A stretch of 60,694 nucleotides of DNA from a virus (taxonomy: Duplodnaviria; Caudoviricetes), in IMG/VR virus record IMGVR_UViG_3300044630_003799, positions 1 through 60,694 of that record; one strand, 5' to 3'. A program made the translations under genes and the position numbers. Positions 40,510 through 48,398 of the stretch are shown here, piece after piece; the stretch's first letter is position 1; each line of letters opens with the position of its first letter. The notes under the pieces are model-generated. The model was not told the DNA's origin and made no database searches. It saw nothing but the letters and a program-made list of their open reading frames with translations.

Positions 40510-40715
40510 AGAGTTGCAACCTGGGGGGTGGTCTAGCATAAAGCATGCCAACCTCATGTTGGCATAGAACTTGCTAGGGGGAATGAGAGTTGCAAGTCGG
40601 GGGGTGGTCCACCCCCCACTTTGCAAGTCTAAGTTGGCACGAAAGATGCTCCCCAGCAAAAAGTGTGCCAAGTCAAGGTTGGCACGATAAATGCTCCCCA
40701 GCTTAAACCATGCCA
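40510..40715. promoter_or_regulatory. composite element: one half and one full TTGCAA/G-run hairpin plus six sigma54-type boxes
   Basis: boxes at 40535(-), 40560(+), 40635(+), 40655(-), 40680(+), 40700(-), all GG-N10-GC; full hairpin at 40586-40631. Confidence 0.75.
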
Positions 40716-40855
40716 ACCTCAAAAAAAACGCGAAATTTATTTTCTTTTTTTTCTTGCTTTTCGCTTTTTGTTTTCCCTTTTTCCCAGGTTTTCGACCCCA
40801 AAAAAAACGCAAAAAAAAAGTAGACAGGAAAACGGTTTTGCCCTACCTTAAAACC

Positions 40856-41200
40856 ATGCAAAACGAATTGAGCGCGGAAAACGAAATGTCGGCCCTTGCA
40901 AATGTCTCTTTTGTTGAGACTGAAATCGAAAGGGAAACTATGTTTGAACACGGGTTTTATCACAAGAAAATTGTGTTGAATTATGATAATACAATTGTTT
41001 ATGTTGTGTTTGACACTTGTGAAGGCGAGTCTTTTGTTGAATCGGCCATTTATGATAAATCTGGTTTATCAAATGAAGATATCGAATGGATTGATAGTGA
41101 GATTGAGTGTTTCTCACAAGATTGGGCCGATAATTACAATAAAGGAATAAAGGAAGAAAACGAAGAATATTACGCTCTTGTCCGAAAAGGTATCGAATAA
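40856..41200 (+). CDS. acidic hypothetical protein (leaderless start MQNELS)
   Basis: TAGACA-17-TACCTT-6-ATG; the longer ORF call from 40691 runs through regulatory DNA. Confidence 0.6.
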   Translation: MQNELSAENEMSALANVSFVETEIERETMFEHGFYHKKIVLNYDNTIVYVVFDTCEGESFVESAIYDKSGLSNEDIEWIDSEIECFSQDWADNYNKGIKEENEEYYALVRKGIE

Positions 41201-41210
41201 ATAAAACAAA

Positions 41211-41242
41211 AAAGGTCGCTCTGATAAAACGGGGCGACCTTT
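41211..41242. terminator. hairpin terminator
   Basis: AAAGGTCGCTC...GGGCGACCTTT. Confidence 0.65.
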
Positions 41243-41282
41243 AATAAAACAAAAAATTAAATAAATAAATAAATAATACAAT

Positions 41283-41516
41283 ATGAAAAACGTTTCTATT
41301 CAAGACATTTCCTTCAAATACAACGAATATGCTGATATTATCATTGCGTTAAACGACAAAATCGAAGCAATTAATTTGTCAATTCAAACGGCGCAAAATC
41401 TAAATGTTCAGACTTCTGTTCAATATTGGAACGGGCGTAAAGCCGAAATAGTTAACACTAAAACTCGATTTGAAGAAATAATTAGAGCTATTGATAAAGC
41501 AACTTATAGCGTTTAA
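41283..41516 (+). CDS. small hypothetical protein
   Basis: ORF with an A-rich leader. Confidence 0.55.
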   Translation: MKNVSIQDISFKYNEYADIIIALNDKIEAINLSIQTAQNLNVQTSVQYWNGRKAEIVNTKTRFEEIIRAIDKATYSV

Positions 41517-41537
41517 TAATACAATAGCCCTGGGTTG

Positions 41538-41578
41538 TACTAGTACAACCTGGGGCATCCCCCCACTCTGCAACTCTA
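41538..41578. repeat. degenerate copy of the TTGCAA/G-run hairpin element
   Basis: ..GTACAACCTGGGGCATCCCCCCACTCTGCAACTCTA. Confidence 0.65.
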
Positions 41579-41737
41579 TTACAATAGTCCAGGCTATTTA
41601 TAAACACGACAAATCACTAAATATTACTATTTGTTAAATATCTGACAATCTTCGCCGATTCCTATTTGTCACTTTTAAGGTAAAATTTGCCCGAAAAAAA
41701 CCGTTGACTTTCTGAAAAACTAAAGTATTTTTGCGTC

Positions 41738-42118
41738 ATGAAAAAGATTTTCGCCCTATTTGCTCTGTCTATTTCAATCAATGCGGCTAACCTTGATCCG
41801 TTTTTTGCTGCCCTTGGCAAGGTAGAGTCAAGCGGCAATGCAAAAGCTATCAATAAAAAAGAATATGCTTTGGGTATTTATCAAATCCGCGCAAATTATT
41901 TCAAAGATTCAAATATTAAAGGAAGTCACGAAGATGTTTACAATCCTATTATTGCAAGGCGCGTGTGTGAATCCTATTTCAAGCGATATGCTCCCGAAGC
42001 GTATGTAAAAGGAGATTTTGAGACTCTCGCCCGTCTTCACAATGGGGGACCGTCTTTTGTCAAGCGCAAATCTTCAACTGATAATTATTGGAACAAAATC
42101 AAAAAGAATCTTTATTAA
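41738..42118 (+). CDS. secreted lysozyme-like muramidase (i-type/destabilase-like)
   Basis: signal peptide; VESSG catalytic Glu; G.YQI...Y..D and ARLHNGGP motifs. Confidence 0.7.
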   Translation: MKKIFALFALSISINAANLDPFFAALGKVESSGNAKAINKKEYALGIYQIRANYFKDSNIKGSHEDVYNPIIARRVCESYFKRYAPEAYVKGDFETLARLHNGGPSFVKRKSSTDNYWNKIKKNLY

Positions 42119-42277
42119 TAAAATAATATGAATAACGATAATTTTGATAAACTCTTTAATATTGTTTTGGGCCTTACTTGTATTAATGTTATTCTTGGCG
42201 TTATTGTAGTATGCGTGGCTCTTAATATTTTTTAAAAATTGTTTTGACTTGCGCCGTGTCAAGAGCAAAAATCACTC

Positions 42278-42463
42278 ATGACAAAAAATTGGACTCCGCG
42301 CTCTGAAAGATGGACAACCTCAGAGCGTCAAGAAAAAAAATTGCAAGCGCAAAATGCGCGGCAAATTCGGTGGATGTTCTGGCGTGAAAGTCAAGTGATT
42401 CGTGAACAAATCGAAAAAGAATTATCTGAAAAATTGATTGCAAAACGTGCGGCACTGGAGTAA
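42278..42463 (+). CDS. small basic hypothetical protein
   Basis: TTGACT promoter directly upstream; its 3' end encodes the next gene's promoter. Confidence 0.5.
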   Translation: MTKNWTPRSERWTTSERQEKKLQAQNARQIRWMFWRESQVIREQIEKELSEKLIAKRAALE

Positions 42464-42472
42464 ATTGTCCCC

Positions 42473-43114
42473 ATGCAAAACGAGATGACGGTCAAACAAG
42501 CGGTTGAGTTCGTGGGCGGGTTTTCTGCACCCAGCAAAATGCCTTGTCAAGGGTTTTCAATCCCGGCGTGGCTTTGCAAAACAGGAATGAAGCTTAGGAA
42601 TGTTTCCGGTTCTATCTGTTCAAAGTGTTATGCGTTAAAGGGTCGCTATGTTTTCCCCAATGTTAAAAATGCATTGATTCGTCGTGTTAATAAAATAAAT
42701 GATCCATTGTGGGTTACCGCAATGACAATTGCAATCAATGGTACAGAATCTTCTGGTTACTTTCGGTGGCATGATAGTGGCGATATTCAATCTCTAGAAC
42801 ATTTGACAAAGATTTGTCAGATTGCAAAGAATCTTCCTAACATTGATTTTTGGCTTCCGACTCGCGAATATTCAATCGTTGCCGAATATGTTAAACAGAA
42901 CGGCGCGTTTCCTGAGAATCTCACTGTGAGACTGTCTGCTCTTATGATAAATGGTCAACCTCCTTTTGCTATTGCAAATAGACTTGGTCTTGTGACAAGC
43001 GGTGTGTCTGACACTGGTTTCACTTGTCCTAGTCCGTCACAAGGCAATAAATGTTTGAATTGCCGCGCTTGTTGGAATAAATACGTTGCCAATGTTAACT
43101 ATAAAACGCACTAA
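42473..43114 (+). CDS. Gp88-like Cys-rich phage protein
   Basis: C..CSKCYA, FRWHDSGD and C-terminal CP....CLNCRACW motifs. Confidence 0.75.
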   Translation: MQNEMTVKQAVEFVGGFSAPSKMPCQGFSIPAWLCKTGMKLRNVSGSICSKCYALKGRYVFPNVKNALIRRVNKINDPLWVTAMTIAINGTESSGYFRWHDSGDIQSLEHLTKICQIAKNLPNIDFWLPTREYSIVAEYVKQNGAFPENLTVRLSALMINGQPPFAIANRLGLVTSGVSDTGFTCPSPSQGNKCLNCRACWNKYVANVNYKTH

Positions 43115-43116
43115 TT

Positions 43117-43326
43117 ATGATTCCCGTTTCTTTTGGTTACAAAGTTTCTGTTGAAATAGTTCGTGACATTGCAAATGATATTGCTAAAGTCAATATCCAC
43201 TCTCCACTATCTAAGAATAAAGTATGGACAATGCCTCACAGTTACAAATCTAGTCAATTCTCAGATTATCAAATAATAAATGACGCAAATTTCATTTCTG
43301 TTATGAATAAGCGTTTTCCTAAATAA
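43117..43326 (+). CDS. small hypothetical protein
   Basis: tightly packed ORF. Confidence 0.5.
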   Translation: MIPVSFGYKVSVEIVRDIANDIAKVNIHSPLSKNKVWTMPHSYKSSQFSDYQIINDANFISVMNKRFPK

Positions 43327-43327
43327 T

Positions 43328-43516
43328 ATGAAAAAGCATCGTTTAATTCGTTTAATAAAAGATCGTGGCTGTGTTATCACTAGAATGTTTTTGCCAAAAG
43401 ATACAGTAGTTTATGCAAATCATCTAGTCGAAGACGTGTGGTCCATCACACTTGGCAAAGATAATAACATAGCGATTTCTGTTTTAGAATACGAGCATTT
43501 TGAGTTTGTTGAATAA
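43328..43516 (+). CDS. small hypothetical protein
   Basis: tightly packed ORF. Confidence 0.5.
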   Translation: MKKHRLIRLIKDRGCVITRMFLPKDTVVYANHLVEDVWSITLGKDNNIAISVLEYEHFEFVE

Positions 43517-43634
43517 ATAATAACATGGAATTAATAGCAATTCTTTTGTTAGTGTTTTTGCTTTTAATGTTCGCGCCAAAGAAAAAATAATACGCGCCCT
43601 GGTTAGTGACAAATCGCTGTTTATAAACAGCGAC

Positions 43635-43682
43635 AGAGTTGCAACATGGGGGGACCCCCCTACCCCCTACCTTGCAAGTCTA
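43635..43682. repeat. TTGCAA/G-run hairpin element
   Basis: AGAGTTGCAA-CATGGGGGGACCCCCCTACCCCCTACC-TTGCAAGTCTA. Confidence 0.8.
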
Positions 43683-43800
43683 CCACAAATTGCGACCGAT
43701 GTCAAGCATTATTTTTGATTAATCGAACGTATTTCCAGGTACTTAATTAAAATTTGAAAAATTCTTTGACTCCTTCGATTTTCCCCTGTAGTCTGTAGAC

Positions 43801-43986
43801 ATGAAAATTAAAACTGAAATTGACATTAACGACATTGTTGTTCTGAAGATCGCCCTTGGCAACGCTGAACGGCGCATTAACGAACTCATGAATGACAAGC
43901 CAGACTGGCGCAAGCTTTATGATCTTGACAAAGAATCTGTCGAAAAAGCGAAAAAAATTGTTGCAAATCTGGTCGCGAACAGCTAA
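43801..43986 (+). CDS. small hypothetical protein (leaderless)
   Basis: TTGACT...TAGTCT-6-ATG. Confidence 0.6.
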   Translation: MKIKTEIDINDIVVLKIALGNAERRINELMNDKPDWRKLYDLDKESVEKAKKIVANLVANS

Positions 43987-43995
43987 GATCTTGTC

Positions 43996-44190
43996 ATGAA
44001 ATACGAATTGATCATCGCGACCGACACTTGCGACAGTTTCTTGAATTACCCACACACTCGCGAAGGTCTTGAAAAAGCTTTTGACAGAGTGAACAAAGTA
44101 AGGTCAAAAGACGGCTTTCAATATGCGCGAATCATTTCAGACCGAGATGGCGAAGTTTTCGCCCTTGACATGAGCGTCACAATAAATTAA
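43996..44190 (+). CDS. small hypothetical protein (leaderless)
   Basis: TTGCAA-17-TAAGAT-6-ATG. Confidence 0.55.
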   Translation: MKYELIIATDTCDSFLNYPHTREGLEKAFDRVNKVRSKDGFQYARIISDRDGEVFALDMSVTIN

Positions 44191-44377
44191 TTTTCTCAAT
44201 TTTGTGTGGCATGGTGCGTAGGGAGATCCTACGACAGGGAGTTTTTTCAAGCTGTATCTTGACTTTTTGACCCGCATGAAACACCACACATTCTCCTTTT
44301 TATTGCAAAAAAAAATTGACATTGCGCCAAAAATGATCTAGTCTTTTTCCGTTGGTTAAAAAAATATTGCTAAAAAA

Positions 44378-45229
44378 ATGAAAAACACAGTCAAAAATGC
44401 GATCCGTCACCTTGTCACAAAAGCTTACGAAGTTTTTGCAAAAGACAAAAATAATATCAGTGTTGTATCACTTCCCGGTAGTGTGTGGGAGTTTGAAACG
44501 TCTGTGATTAATCACAAAGATTTTGCTGATAATTTCAGCAAGTCTTACAATCTGGATATGCAACTTGCGGAGTGTGATAACAATATCTATGATAGTAATT
44601 TGCGCCCGATATCTACTTTGTTTCCCCATAACAAAGTGAGTTCCTATGCTCTTTCTCGGGACTTTGTTAAATACTACAATCAATACCTTAATACAGATAT
44701 CGTCAAAAAGGCTAAATCAGATAATATCTTTGCGTGGTTTGACTTTTGTGGTAATCCTACTACACAAAGCCTGGAATTGATTAACACTGCTATCGGCAAG
44801 AATGTTACTTATGTCTTCACTTTCAATACACACTGGCGTTGCGACACTAATGTTGATCGCGACGTTCTGAGCTTCGCGAAGTCTATTGATAATAAGCCTG
44901 TTGCAATTCACACTTTTATAGAGAAAATCGCTCTTAATGCTGGTTTGACAATTGTTTGGTCGTTTGAATACATCTCTAATCACAATCCCATGATTACTAT
45001 CTGTATCAGCAATGACGCAAATGTTATCGCTGAAAAGTCATTCAATATCAATACTGTCGCCTCTAAGGTGAAAAAGGTTAAAGTCATTAATAAACCTACA
45101 AAGCGCGATTTGTCCGCTGTTTATGTTGATGTAAAGGCAAAGGTTGATGATAAATCTATCTGTGTCAAGCACAATATCACTGTTGGAACACTCGCTGCTG
45201 TTAAAGCTTGGGTGACAATGGGTAAGTAA
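44378..45229 (+). CDS. hypothetical protein, possible SAM-dependent methyltransferase-like fold
   Basis: SLPG..E and FAWFDFCG motifs; TTGACA-17-TAGTCT promoter; terminator at 45250-45280. Confidence 0.4.
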   Translation: MKNTVKNAIRHLVTKAYEVFAKDKNNISVVSLPGSVWEFETSVINHKDFADNFSKSYNLDMQLAECDNNIYDSNLRPISTLFPHNKVSSYALSRDFVKYYNQYLNTDIVKKAKSDNIFAWFDFCGNPTTQSLELINTAIGKNVTYVFTFNTHWRCDTNVDRDVLSFAKSIDNKPVAIHTFIEKIALNAGLTIVWSFEYISNHNPMITICISNDANVIAEKSFNINTVASKVKKVKVINKPTKRDLSAVYVDVKAKVDDKSICVKHNITVGTLAAVKAWVTMGK

Positions 45230-45249
45230 TACAAATAGATAGTCAAATA

Positions 45250-45280
45250 ACTCCACTGTGAATAACAGTGGGGTTTTTTT
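45250..45280 (+). terminator. intrinsic terminator
   Basis: ACTCCACTGT...ACAGTGGGGT plus T-run. Confidence 0.75.
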
Positions 45281-45294
45281 GTTTATAAATAACA

Positions 45295-45342
45295 TAGACT
45301 TGCAACATGGGGGGAGGGGCATCCCCCCAACCTGCAACTCTA
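45295..45342. repeat. TTGCAA/G-run hairpin element
   Basis: TAGACTTGCAA-CATGGGGGGAGGGGCATCCCCCCAAC-CTGCAACTCTA. Confidence 0.8.
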
Positions 45343-45501
45343 ATATCATAACACTATATATATATCACTATACCCAGGTCTTATTTACATGTATTTCGGT
45401 AAAATATGGCAAAATTTGCCGATGTATTTAGATGTTTTATTTTAAAATTTGGACGATTTATTTAATAAAAAACCCTCACTATTTAGTGAAGGTTATTGTA
45501 T

Positions 45502-45987
45502 TTATTTCTTGGTTTGTTTTCTAGTACCAGTAACTTCGTACACTCCCCAATCAATCTTATTTACTCCAAATACATAATCTTCTGGAATAGTCAAATAATG
45601 TACTTGAATAAAGTGTTTGATGGCTCGCTTGGCGTTATTGTCTGAGTGATAACGCTTGCCGACAATCGGCGGAGAGAACTTAGTATTTTTGCGCGGATCT
45701 TTCAATCCCTTTTTCTCATTTCTTTTCGCGACCTTCGCCGCCTCTTTTGCAAGCATTCTTTCCTTGCTTTCTCGGGCGAGCTTGTTTCTCAACGCATTTC
45801 CACGAAGAGGCTTGACAGGTTCAGGGGCATCTGGATTAACTTCCTCGTCGTTCTTGAGTCCGCGACGACGTTCCCACGCCTTAAACTTCTCGTCGAAGTC
45901 TTGAAAGAGACCCATTGGAAGGTCAGCACCGCCGACATCCCACCACGCAAAAGACTGTCTAATAGTTCCGCGATATTGGTCACTCAT
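45502..45987 (-). CDS. basic hypothetical protein
   Basis: 161-aa K/R-rich ORF followed by a hairpin at 45466-45494. Confidence 0.55.
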   Translation of the reverse strand: MSDQYRGTIRQSFAWWDVGGADLPMGLFQDFDEKFKAWERRRGLKNDEEVNPDAPEPVKPLRGNALRNKLARESKERMLAKEAAKVAKRNEKKGLKDPRKNTKFSPPIVGKRYHSDNNAKRAIKHFIQVHYLTIPEDYVFGVNKIDWGVYEVTGTRKQTKK

Positions 45988-46044
45988 CTTTTTTTGGAGA
46001 TATAATTAGTAGAATAAATACAACAAGGAGGATAACAAATAATA

Positions 46045-46236
46045 TCATTCTGGCGGCAAAACTTGTTCAAACTCGACACTAGATCCACTCAGATCCCGAA
46101 TCAGTTCGCGACTAACACTATCAAGAGTGCGCCGCCCAGTCAACTGAAAAAATACACTCTCTTGTTTTTTATCTACAAATTTCTCACGGCGGACACCATA
46201 GATGTTCTGAGTATAATACTTAATTGTCATTTTCAT
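46045..46236 (-). CDS. small hypothetical phage protein
   Basis: QNIYG...QLTGRRTL motif seen in small phage proteins. Confidence 0.5.
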   Translation of the reverse strand: MKMTIKYYTQNIYGVRREKFVDKKQESVFFQLTGRRTLDSVSRELIRDLSGSSVEFEQVLPPE

Positions 46237-46277
46237 TTTTTTTATTCTTTCTGTTGTATAGTTTTTTGTTTTTGTGT

Positions 46278-46823
46278 TTAACGGTAGATGGTGGCAGAGA
46301 TTTGCGAAGTGACTTGAACAGTTGGAGCGTTGACGGTAACTTTTTCATATAGCTTTTTCCATCGAATCTCAGTTTTGCAAGTCATGCATTGATACTTAGC
46401 TCGGTTTTTCAAAATACGATTATGTTTAGTAGTAGAAATAAAAATACGGTCATTGCAATTACAAAAATATTGATGGCGAGTAACAACCTCGAAAGTGTGA
46501 CAGCGAGTTGGCTCTTGACCAATAACACGCATAACTTTCTCCCATTCACAGCCATGTGGTGCAATAGTATATCCATAAACATGACGCGCAATAAGGTGTG
46601 CAGCTTCGTGACCGGGAGTATCATTGATAAAAGCATCTCCATTGGCATGAAGCATATCATTGTTGAGAGCAATTTTATTCAAAAAACACTGAGCATAACC
46701 AGCGCGACGACCCTTCAGCTTGAAGCTGACCGTCGGGAAGTTGAAGCTCATGTTGTAAAACTTGGAAGCCATGTCGAAGGCTTCGTTGATTCGTTTGATC
46801 GCTTTCGCTTGCAGTTCAGTCAT
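46278..46823 (-). CDS. SprT-like zinc metalloprotease
   Basis: HEAAH zincin motif, PHG.EW..VM, C-terminal CNC/C..C Zn ribbon; leaderless start MTELQ at 46823. Confidence 0.85.
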   Translation of the reverse strand: MTELQAKAIKRINEAFDMASKFYNMSFNFPTVSFKLKGRRAGYAQCFLNKIALNNDMLHANGDAFINDTPGHEAAHLIARHVYGYTIAPHGCEWEKVMRVIGQEPTRCHTFEVVTRHQYFCNCNDRIFISTTKHNRILKNRAKYQCMTCKTEIRWKKLYEKVTVNAPTVQVTSQISATIYR

Positions 46824-46916
46824 GCGTTGACAATAGCACCTTGCAGTGTAAGGGCAAGGGAAAAAGTAAAAAAAGTGCGTCAAGCAAAAAAAATAATTTT
46901 CGCATCGACCTGGAGT

Positions 46917-47085
46917 TGGCACGGTTTCTGCCTGAGCAAGATGTATGCCAAGTAGAGTTGCAAAGTGGGGGGTAGGCTACCCCCCAAAGGGGGCAACTCT
47001 ATACTATACCATACCCCCAGAATCTTGTCAACACTTTAAAATATTTATTTCCAGGTTATTTGGCAACCTTGGCACGATCTTTGCT
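46917..47085. promoter_or_regulatory. composite element: sigma54 box pair, hairpin element and a single sigma54 box
   Basis: boxes at 46917(+), 46935(-), 47070(+); hairpin at 46953-47001. Confidence 0.75.
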
Positions 47086-47206
47086 TGTGTCGCCTCCAGG
47101 CTGTCGCGAAAAAAAACTTCGAAAAACTTCAAAAAAACCTTGCGGATATTTTCCCCATCCTATACCTTGTCCTCGTCAGTCAACATTAACACATTGCAAA
47201 AACATT

Positions 47207-48247
47207 ATGGCTCATCAAATTGAAGTTCGCGACATTCAAGCTGGCATCGAACAGGCTTGGCACGGTCTCACCAAGGTTGTCCCCATCGTCACTTTCGACG
47301 ATGCGTTCCCTTTCGAGATCGAACGCCTTCCGTTGCTGGTCGCGAACGACACTCCCTTGGAAGGCTGGTCGTTCTTCAAGTGCAGCGACGACGGCAAACC
47401 CGCTGGCGTTCCCGTGTTCGAATCGTACAACGCTCTTTCCAACGCTCGCTTCTGGGAGATCGTGCAGAATGCGGTGGGCGGTACGGGTGCGGTCATCGAA
47501 TCCGCTGGCTCCATTTACGACCGTTGTCGCCGGTTTGTGACGGTGAAGCTTGGCACTGACCTCGACACTTTCAATGTGGGCGGTCGCGAGTTCAAGAACC
47601 GCTTCAGCCTCCTCGACAGCATCGACGGCAGCACCAACTTCTACGGGGTCAACTCCTCGACCTGCGTCGTTTGCGCGAACACCTTCGCGGTCGTCATGGG
47701 CGACACCAGCGGCGAATTCCGGTTCAAGATCCGCCACTCCAAGAACCTCCTTCCCAAGATTGAGAACATGGAGAAGGCCATCGACCAGTTTGTGGGCGTG
47801 ACCGCTCAGTTCAAGAAGGCGTTGGTGATCGCGAACGAAATCCCCGTCACTCCCACCGATGCTCGCTCGCTGTTCGCTGGATGGGCAGCGACCGACACCA
47901 ACGGAATGTCCTCGCGGTCATTCAACACCGTCACCCGCCTGACTGAGCTTTTCAATCGGGGCGCTGGAAACAACGGCGAGACGCTCCTCGACGCCTTCTC
48001 TGCCGTCACCGATTACTATTCTCATGAGTCGAGCGGCGGCGCTGATCAACCCGGCTTCCGCATGAAGCAGACCATTTCCAGCGAGTTTGGGTCTGGGTCG
48101 CGCAAGAAGCAGGATTTCTTCGCGAACCTCTTCACCGCGAAAGGCAAGGAAGATCCGATCTTTCAACGTGACTCTTTCGACAGCCTCGTCAGCAGGGGGC
48201 GGACGGTGATCAAGACGATGGAAGAGATTGAAGTGGCCGCGAACTAA
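47207..48247 (+). CDS. DUF932/TIGR03299-like phage/plasmid protein
   Basis: AWHGL N-terminus; IESAG, DS.DGS, VVCANT, IRHS and AFSAVTDY motifs; TTGCGG-17-TACCTT promoter; about 60% GC. Confidence 0.8.
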   Translation: MAHQIEVRDIQAGIEQAWHGLTKVVPIVTFDDAFPFEIERLPLLVANDTPLEGWSFFKCSDDGKPAGVPVFESYNALSNARFWEIVQNAVGGTGAVIESAGSIYDRCRRFVTVKLGTDLDTFNVGGREFKNRFSLLDSIDGSTNFYGVNSSTCVVCANTFAVVMGDTSGEFRFKIRHSKNLLPKIENMEKAIDQFVGVTAQFKKALVIANEIPVTPTDARSLFAGWAATDTNGMSSRSFNTVTRLTELFNRGAGNNGETLLDAFSAVTDYYSHESSGGADQPGFRMKQTISSEFGSGSRKKQDFFANLFTAKGKEDPIFQRDSFDSLVSRGRTVIKTMEEIEVAAN

Positions 48248-48264
48248 GCCACAAAGTCAAACAC

Positions 48265-48290
48265 AAACCCACCGAAAGGTGGGTTTTTTT
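48265..48290 (+). terminator. intrinsic terminator
   Basis: AAACCCACC-GAAA-GGTGGGTTTTTTT. Confidence 0.9.
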
Positions 48291-48310
48291 GTTGCCCAGA
48301 ACCTGGGCTT

Positions 48311-48398
48311 TGGCATGCATCTTGCTGGGGGCAGGAATCGTGCCAAGTAGACTTGCAGACTGGGGGGTGGTGGGGGTTCCCCCTGACTTGCAACTCTA
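48311..48398. promoter_or_regulatory. composite element: sigma54 box pair plus hairpin element
   Basis: boxes at 48311(+) and 48330(-); hairpin TAGACTTGCAG...TTGCAACTCTA at 48348-48398. Confidence 0.75.

Noticed and set aside
40441-40855. ORFs 40441..40812, 40663..40851 and the N-terminal extension of 40691..41200
   Set aside because: They read through regulatory repeats and A/T homopolymer tracts; the promoter points to a start at 40856.
44207-44222. additional sigma54 box (TGGCATGGTGCG...), and the TGGCAAA motifs at 45407 and about 52112-52190
   Set aside because: They lack the GC at the required GG-N10-GC spacing.
40586-48398. CIRCE (HrcA operator) identity for the hairpin elements
   Set aside because: CIRCE is TTAGCACTC-N9-GAGTGCTAA; here the arms differ, are arranged the other way round, and are about 25-29 bp apart.
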